In this document: positions 58,172 through 64,000 of the stretch, one piece after another | Position numbering within the stretch: position 1 is the stretch's first letter | Layout: each line of letters begins with the position of its first letter | NCBI GenBank assembly: GCA_963663865.1 | Contig: OY760686.1 | Coordinates: 928,001-992,000 of the forward strand | DNA: 64,000 bases | From: Spirochaetota bacterium | GTDB taxonomy: Bacteria; Spirochaetota; UBA4802; UBA5550 | Direction of reading: 5' to 3' | Notes under the pieces: generated by a model | The model's database searches: none | Told to the model about the DNA's origin: nothing | What the model saw: the letters and a program-made list of their open reading frames with translations, nothing else | Program-made: the position numbers and the translations under genes

Positions 58172-58741
58172 TCAGTGTGTGTGCTTTAACGAGGAAGCAT
58201 CGAACGCTGCGACGTGGACCAGCCTCAGTAGAGGACCCCCCTCTGTGACGACGAGGCCTCTGTGCAGCTCGGGGCTTATGCTTGCTGTTATCCGGCCGGC
58301 CCTGTCACAGAGAGGGTGCACGTGTTCAAGCCTGTACCAGCCGTCGATTTGTATGAACACGGCGTGTCTGTTGCGGTACTGTACCACTGAAGATTCCGGC
58401 AATCGGAACCGGTTGCTTTTCAGGCGGCAGCTGGAAAGAGGCACCGAGGACAGGCCGATTGAAGCAGACGCTTCATCGGAAAGCTGAAAGCCCCTCTCCG
58501 GTTCAGCGGCTGTTATGGCCATGCCATCTGCTGTGTGAGAATGGTGCTCATCCTCCGAATGCGGGGAGGCTTCATCGTGCTCTGCATGTATTTCCGCCGG
58601 AGCGGAGACGACATGCTCTTCGGCATGTCCGTGATCATGATCGTGATCATCATGGCTGTGCGGGCCGCATGCAGCAAGAAACAATAGAGCGGCCGTCAGC
58701 GAAATAGCTGAAAGCATTGTTTTTCTATTTTGAGTATTCAT
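58172..58741 (-). CDS. His-rich lipoprotein, miniature CzcB-like adaptor
   Basis: LAAC lipobox, HSHDDHDHDHGH, GFQLS.EA...IGL, LPESSVV, VVTEGG.LL; located between czcC and czcA. Confidence 0.65.
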   Translation of the reverse strand: MNTQNRKTMLSAISLTAALLFLAACGPHSHDDHDHDHGHAEEHVVSAPAEIHAEHDEASPHSEDEHHSHTADGMAITAAEPERGFQLSDEASASIGLSSVPLSSCRLKSNRFRLPESSVVQYRNRHAVFIQIDGWYRLEHVHPLCDRAGRITASISPELHRGLVVTEGGPLLRLVHVAAFDASSLKHTH

Positions 58742-59963
58742 TGTGTATCTCCTTCAGTACAGTTCCGTCGATATGCCGGATAGACCAGAGAGCCTCCAGA
58801 GCGGATAGCTCGTTTTCGTGGAATGCCCGCAGCAATTCAAATTCCTGCCGGTGGCTTTCTATCGCGAGCGACGGCGGTATCAGGCCTCTTTGCATGAGCT
58901 GGTGAAGACGTTTGTGCCCGTCTCTGCCGGAATAGGGGAAGGGCAGAGTCCGAGTTGAGTTTATTAAGCTGCTGTAACGCGAAACGGACGATTCTCTTGA
59001 CAGTTTCAGCGTCATCATAAGTGTCTCTTTTTTTATACGCGCCAGTCTGACTCCGGCCTCGGCTTCGGTGCGCTGGCCCTGATTCTGATTGAAAAGGGGC
59101 AATTCGATTGAGAGTGACAGCCCGGCGCTGAAATCGGTTTTGCCGTCCGCGCTATTGTGCCCAACTGACGGGCCAATGGCCAGATCGGGCCAGACGTATG
59201 AATCTGCTATCCGCTTTTCACTGAGTCCGATTTCAATTTTCCGCTCAGCGAGAAGCAGGACGGGACTTTCGGAAATATTAAAGGCTTCCAATTCGGGCCA
59301 CTGGCGCACAGGCACCGGGTAGAGTTCGCTGAGATCAGCGGCTGACATGCCGGCTGCTGAGAGAACTCTCTCTTCGAGTCCCGCGAGCTCTGCCTCAAGC
59401 TGGGCAACGCGGAGAAGGGCGTCCTCGCCGGCTTTATGGTAAATATCACGGCTGATTTCAAGCTCGGGATTCAGCCGGGGCATCCTTGAGTAAAGCGAGA
59501 CCATTCTGCTATATGTCGCGGCGCTTTCCTTAAGAACTTCAATCTCTGCCGAGCGCTGACGCATGCGGTACAGGTCGAGCAAGACCTTCCGCGCGATATC
59601 CTGTTTCCTGATTTCCAGAGAAAGCTCAAAGGCAGCCGATATCTTTCCGGCATGGCTTTTGCGTGCTTCGCGCTTTCCGCCTGTTTCAAGCTGATGCCTG
59701 ATTGAGTATTCTCCGGATATTCCGCCTCCGGAAACGACGCCGAGGACGCGGGAATCAAGTTCGGGATTGGGCATCTGGTTCGCCGATATCTCTCTGGCTC
59801 TGAGGACTTCTGCCCGGGCAGTCATGTCCTTTATTTCAGGGTGGCTTGAAATAACAGCATCAAGCAGGTCGGCTACTCTGAGTAACCGGTCTTGTTCTGC
59901 CGCGCTTGATGCAGCTGGAAGCGCGAACAGCAAGAGCAGCAGTATATTGGCATGTCTGTGCAT
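58725..59963 (-). CDS. czcC: TolC/CzcC-family outer membrane efflux protein
   Basis: Signal peptide; MPNPEL, LETGGKREAR, WPDL.IG, IELPLFNQNQG. Confidence 0.9.
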   Translation of the reverse strand: MHRHANILLLLLFALPAASSAAEQDRLLRVADLLDAVISSHPEIKDMTARAEVLRAREISANQMPNPELDSRVLGVVSGGGISGEYSIRHQLETGGKREARKSHAGKISAAFELSLEIRKQDIARKVLLDLYRMRQRSAEIEVLKESAATYSRMVSLYSRMPRLNPELEISRDIYHKAGEDALLRVAQLEAELAGLEERVLSAAGMSAADLSELYPVPVRQWPELEAFNISESPVLLLAERKIEIGLSEKRIADSYVWPDLAIGPSVGHNSADGKTDFSAGLSLSIELPLFNQNQGQRTEAEAGVRLARIKKETLMMTLKLSRESSVSRYSSLINSTRTLPFPYSGRDGHKRLHQLMQRGLIPPSLAIESHRQEFELLRAFHENELSALEALWSIRHIDGTVLKEIHNEYSK

Positions 59964-60007
59964 GGCATTGCTCCTTAAGTGTCGTTTAATGTGTTTGAAT
60001 GAAGCTT

Positions 60008-60406
60008 TTAAGAGTAAAGGAGCTGCGCAGGGGGGGCCCTGCCTGCAAGTTCGAGGCAGAAACGGGCTGTCTGAGGTTTGATGTTATGAAGAGGAAATCC
60101 TGTTCTGTCGGGGAATGCAGTGATTGAAAGACAGCTGCACTGTATTTGCTGCGTATCAAATTTTTTTAAAGGGACGTCTTTTTTTTCGATCAGGGCAGTG
60201 TCTTTGAGCGCATGTTGAAGGGGAAGTTCAAAGCAGAATCCTGAACCGCAGCAAGTGTCCCTGTCTTCCGCCTGACTGCAGTCCCGGTCCGACCATTCAT
60301 AATCAGATCCATGATGATGAATGTGCACGCCTGCGGCGCCTGCCGCGGCAAAGACGGCAAAGAGCGCGAGAAGCACGGATGATATTAGATTTGCTGATTT
60401 TCTCAT
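60008..60406 (-). CDS. Secreted His/Cys-rich protein (CzcI-like position)
   Basis: Signal peptide, HIHHH, DTCC, C-terminal RAPP motif typical of metal-operon leader proteins. Confidence 0.55.
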   Translation of the reverse strand: MRKSANLISSVLLALFAVFAAAGAAGVHIHHHGSDYEWSDRDCSQAEDRDTCCGSGFCFELPLQHALKDTALIEKKDVPLKKFDTQQIQCSCLSITAFPDRTGFPLHNIKPQTARFCLELAGRAPPAQLLYS

Positions 60407-60588
60407 AAAGGTTTTACTCAGAAGCGACCGTATTATTCTGCGATTTTCCTGTCAAGTTAAACCCAACTAATTTGCGGGGAATAATCTGATAGAATTGAAT
60501 AGACAAAAGAACAATTATAATACAAAATGCGTGAGAGTTTTCGGGGGCCTTCCGGAGATTATTACATTGTGATTGAGGATGATGTCTT

Positions 60589-62031
60589 ATGCCATATAAA
60601 AATCTGTCGGATTTTATTCAAAAACTTGAGGAGATGGGGGAGCTCAAACGGATTACTGCGGCCGTAGACCCTTACCTTGAGATAACGGAGATAGCGGACC
60701 GCACGGTCAAGAAAGGAGGGCCGGCCCTTCTTTTTCTGAATGTCAGGGGATCGGAATATCCTCTGTTGATAAACGCCTTCGGGAGCCCGCGCAGAATGCA
60801 GGCGGCATTGGGTTGCGAGTCGTTTGATGAGATCGCGCTTAGAATTGAGACGCTCCTCAAACTTCAGCCGCCCTCAGGGCTTATGGAAAAGCTCAGGGTA
60901 ATGTTGACACTCAAGGACGTTGCTTCGTATTTGCCGGTAACTGTTAAAAGCGCCCCCTGTCACGACAGTGTCATAACCCAAGGCCCGTTTCTTGACAGGC
61001 TGCCCATTCAGACCTGCTGGCCCGGAGACGGCGGGCCGTTTATAACGCTGCCCCTTGTCTTCACGAGGGACCCTGAGACCGGGGTACAGAACATGGGCAT
61101 GTACCGAATGCACAGGTATTCTGACAGCGAAACAGGCATGCACTGGCAGTACAACAAGGACGGGTCACGCCACTTCAGAAAGTATAAAGAACTGGGTAAA
61201 AGGATGCCGGTATCCGTCGCGCTCGGAGGCGTTCCTTCGGTGACATACAGCGCGACCGCGCCGCTGCCGCCTGACATCCCTGAGCTGCTCTTTGCCGGTT
61301 TCCTTGAGGGAAGAGGGATAAAGCAGGTAAGATGTGTGACGAATGACCTGCTTGTGCCGGCTGAATCTGACTTCGTTATTGAGGGCTATGTTGACCCGGC
61401 AGAGGAGAGAATCGAGGGGCCTTTTGGAGACCACACAGGCTTTTATTCCCCGGCTGATATATATCCTGTATTTCATGTCACGTGTATTACTGCGAGAAGG
61501 GACGCGGTTTACCCGTCAACGGTTGTCGGAAAACCGCCGATGGAGGACTGCTTTATGGCCAAGGCGACGGAGAGGATTTTTCTTCCCGTGCTTAAGATGA
61601 TACTTCCCGAGATACATGATATAGAGCTGCCGATAGAAGGGGTCTTCCATAACTGCGCGCTGATATCCATAAAAAAATCTTACTCCGGGCAGGCGAGAAA
61701 AGCCATTCACGCGCTGTGGGGACTCGGGCAGATGGCTTCAACAAAAATGATCGCGGTATTCGAGGATGATGTCGACCTCAGGGACGGGAGCACCGTGCTC
61801 TGGAAGCTTCTCAACAACGTAGATCCAAGACGCGATGTTATCATAACCGAGGGCCCTCTTGACGCACTGGACCATTCAGCCCCTTATTTCAACTATGGCG
61901 GGAAGGTCGGTATTGACGCGACCAGGAAGACGAGAGAGGAGGGCATGGGACGCGAGTGGCCTGATGAGATATCAATGAGCGATGAGATACGGGCCCTGGT
62001 TGACGGGAGGTGGGATGAATACGGTATTTAG
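60589..62031 (+). CDS. mqnL: UbiD-family menaquinone biosynthesis decarboxylase (futalosine pathway)
   Basis: CWPGDGGPFITLP, QNMGMYR, MHWQ, EGPFGDHTGFY, LDALDH, GGKVGIDAT. Confidence 0.9.
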   Translation: MPYKNLSDFIQKLEEMGELKRITAAVDPYLEITEIADRTVKKGGPALLFLNVRGSEYPLLINAFGSPRRMQAALGCESFDEIALRIETLLKLQPPSGLMEKLRVMLTLKDVASYLPVTVKSAPCHDSVITQGPFLDRLPIQTCWPGDGGPFITLPLVFTRDPETGVQNMGMYRMHRYSDSETGMHWQYNKDGSRHFRKYKELGKRMPVSVALGGVPSVTYSATAPLPPDIPELLFAGFLEGRGIKQVRCVTNDLLVPAESDFVIEGYVDPAEERIEGPFGDHTGFYSPADIYPVFHVTCITARRDAVYPSTVVGKPPMEDCFMAKATERIFLPVLKMILPEIHDIELPIEGVFHNCALISIKKSYSGQARKAIHALWGLGQMASTKMIAVFEDDVDLRDGSTVLWKLLNNVDPRRDVIITEGPLDALDHSAPYFNYGGKVGIDATRKTREEGMGREWPDEISMSDEIRALVDGRWDEYGI

Positions 62032-62851
62032 GAAGTTTTCCGAGCTTATCATGATTGAACAGACGATCTTTGCCCTGCCATTCGCCTACACGGGCATTCT
62101 CTTTGCGGGAGGCGCGCCTCTCAGAGTGTGGGTGCTTGTTACCCTCGCGCTTTTTGGAGCCAGGACGGCGGGCATGTCGTTCAACAGGGTCCTTGACGCG
62201 GATATCGACGCCCGAAACCCGAGGACCAGCGACAGGCACATTCCCGCGGGGAAGGTGACCCGCTTCCAGGCCTGGGCCCTCGGCGCCGCCGCCTCCTCTC
62301 TTCTGGTGCTGTCCGCCTGGATGCTCAATCCCCTGTGTTTCGTTCTTTCGTTTCCCGCAGCGGCGATGCTTCTGACATATTCACTGTTCAAGCGTTTCAG
62401 TTCAGCCTCTCACTTCTATCTCGGTCTGGTGGAGGCGGCGGCGCCGATAGGGGGCTATCTCGCGGTGAAGGGCTCATTCGATCTTACTCCCTTCTTCCCC
62501 GGAGCGGCAATCATGTTCTGGATTGCCGGATTTGATATTCTCTACGCGCTCGCCGACGAGGAGTTTGACCGCAGAGAAGGCCTTCACTCCGTACCTGCGG
62601 CGCTTGGACGAAAAGGGGCGCTTGCCGTATCAGCGGCCTGCCATGCCGTATCAGTTGCGGCGCTGATGCTCGGCGGGCTGTATCTCAAGGCCTCTCCGGT
62701 ATATTACGCGGCAGCGGCAGCCGTTGCAGCTGTTTTCGTTCTACAGCACTACAGGACCCGAAGGAAAAGCGGAGATGAACGGGCGATCTTTAGGCTAAAC
62801 CGCCTTGTCGGGCCGCTGATTTTTGCGGGAGCCGCGGCTTCCTCATTGTAG
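62015..62851 (+). CDS. mqnP: UbiA-family polyprenyltransferase (MqnP-like)
   Basis: TIFALPFAY, ARTAGMSFNR.LDA.IDARNPRT.DR.IP, WIAGFDILYA..D.EFD. Confidence 0.9.
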   Translation: MNTVFRKFSELIMIEQTIFALPFAYTGILFAGGAPLRVWVLVTLALFGARTAGMSFNRVLDADIDARNPRTSDRHIPAGKVTRFQAWALGAAASSLLVLSAWMLNPLCFVLSFPAAAMLLTYSLFKRFSSASHFYLGLVEAAAPIGGYLAVKGSFDLTPFFPGAAIMFWIAGFDILYALADEEFDRREGLHSVPAALGRKGALAVSAACHAVSVAALMLGGLYLKASPVYYAAAAAVAAVFVLQHYRTRRKSGDERAIFRLNRLVGPLIFAGAAASSL

Positions 62852-63116
62852 AGCTGTCAGTCTGAAAAGCCGGCCGGCTCAGAGACGTGGTCGGTCAGGA
62901 TGTTATCACAAAATATGACATCCAACAGATTATTTGTTCATCTTTTCAGATGTACAGGAGGCACAGGCCTCAGGCAGCTATTAAGCGTGCGGGGAATTAA
63001 GAAAAAACGATACGAATTTGTTATGAATAATACTGACTTTTTCGGATTAATGATGAAACTGCTTGCAATATAAGAATTGATAGTGATAGTATAACCGGGT
63101 TGCGCAGGAGGCCGTA

Positions 63117-64000
63117 ATGAAAGATGGTCTGAGCAGGGATTTGTCGCTCATTCAGAAGTCGCTTGACCTTGAGAACCCGCTATTGCGTTACTATATCAAG
63201 AAACACAGGCTGGGAAAAGAGGACATTGTCGTTCTGGGAGTTCTTCTGGAAATGACCGGCCAGATGAAGAGCGATGTGCGCACACATTACAACATCATCG
63301 CCGAGCAGACCGGGCTCTCCGCGCTTGAGGCCTATCATTCCGTAAATTCTCTTCACCGCAACAGAATCATCGACTCTAAGCCTGTAGGGAATTTCGTACA
63401 CATTTCATTCCGTGAGATTGAAGAGAAGATTGACGAGCTTGAGCTCGCTGCTCGCAATGCGCGAAAGATAAAGCGCATAGAGGCAGAGCTTGAGTACATG
63501 CGTTCGAGAAATTATGTGCCGGGTGCCGAGCTTGAGGACATTATCACTCCGGTTCTCGGAAGAATTATCACCCGCAAAATAGCCGAAGCGCTTTCAGCCA
63601 TAATAAACTACATTAACGCCCGAATTAATAACACCATCAGCTTCCAGATGTGGAGGTGTCGATGGCAGTCAATCCGCACGGGTGTTCCACTTGGGGATAT
63701 AGTGTTCAGAAATTCGCTGCCCTACCTCATTCAGGAGGTGCTGCTTGTCGAGAAGAAGTCATCCATGCTTGTAGCTCACACCGCAAGAGAAGCCGGCCCG
63801 GAGACGGACCGTGATGTTGCCGCGGCGCTGCTTTCCGCAGTAACCGACTACATCCGGACTTCCTTCAGGAAGGACGACGCTGTGCTGAACTCAATCTCGT
63901 TCGGAGATTCAAGCATTATCGTTATTGAGGGAAGAAACGTTTTCGCCGCCTTCGTCGTATATGGGACTCCGGCTTCGGCGTTCTATGAGGACGCGGAGGC
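63117..64000 (+). CDS. Partial protein: N-terminal winged-helix-like region plus roadblock/longin-like domain (runs off the window)
   Basis: AGGAGG RBS and ATG at 63117; frame open to the end; IAEQTGLS..EAY..V.SL; IQEVLLVEKKSSMLVAH...DRDVAAALLSAVTDYIRTSF. Confidence 0.7.
   Translation, partial: MKDGLSRDLSLIQKSLDLENPLLRYYIKKHRLGKEDIVVLGVLLEMTGQMKSDVRTHYNIIAEQTGLSALEAYHSVNSLHRNRIIDSKPVGNFVHISFREIEEKIDELELAARNARKIKRIEAELEYMRSRNYVPGAELEDIITPVLGRIITRKIAEALSAIINYINARINNTISFQMWRCRWQSIRTGVPLGDIVFRNSLPYLIQEVLLVEKKSSMLVAHTAREAGPETDRDVAAALLSAVTDYIRTSFRKDDAVLNSISFGDSSIIVIEGRNVFAAFVVYGTPASAFYEDAE

Overview
Bacterial chromosomal window, most consistent with a free-living spirochaete related to the Leptospirae. 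This is an inference from the eukaryote-like GuaB, the short CzcB, the barrel-SppA fusion and the style of the attC sites. Positions 1-47.2 kb and 55-64 kb are mostly housekeeping genes: amtB-glnK, class II DAHP synthase, tmk, sua5, tadA, guaB, ttcA-like, ClpX-like, tRNA-Leu(CAA), rpsF-ssb-rpsR-DUF2232-rplI-dnaB-mlaE, carA, hisD, a Czc-type RND efflux cluster and futalosine-pathway mqnL/mqnP-like genes. Between hisD and czcA lies a ~7.8 kb accessory island (47.25-55.0 kb) bracketed by ~275-bp diverged direct repeats. It contains (i) two AT-rich integron gene cassettes with attC sites and no integrase (a CALIN), encoding unknown proteins; (ii) an IS5 interrupted by an IS3, plus IS3 and IS481-like remnants; (iii) a family of multi-hairpin repeats whose stems covary while ANGGA loops are kept on the minus strand, resembling CsrA-sponge RNAs; and (iv) an 11-bp phased tandem repeat. 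Other candidates include an sRNA-like unit with an anti-SD seed, a 57-aa Cys-rich protein missed by the ORF track, a hydrolase with a histone-H1-like tail and a stand-alone MshEN-like protein. All calls are from reading the sequence; no database searches were run.
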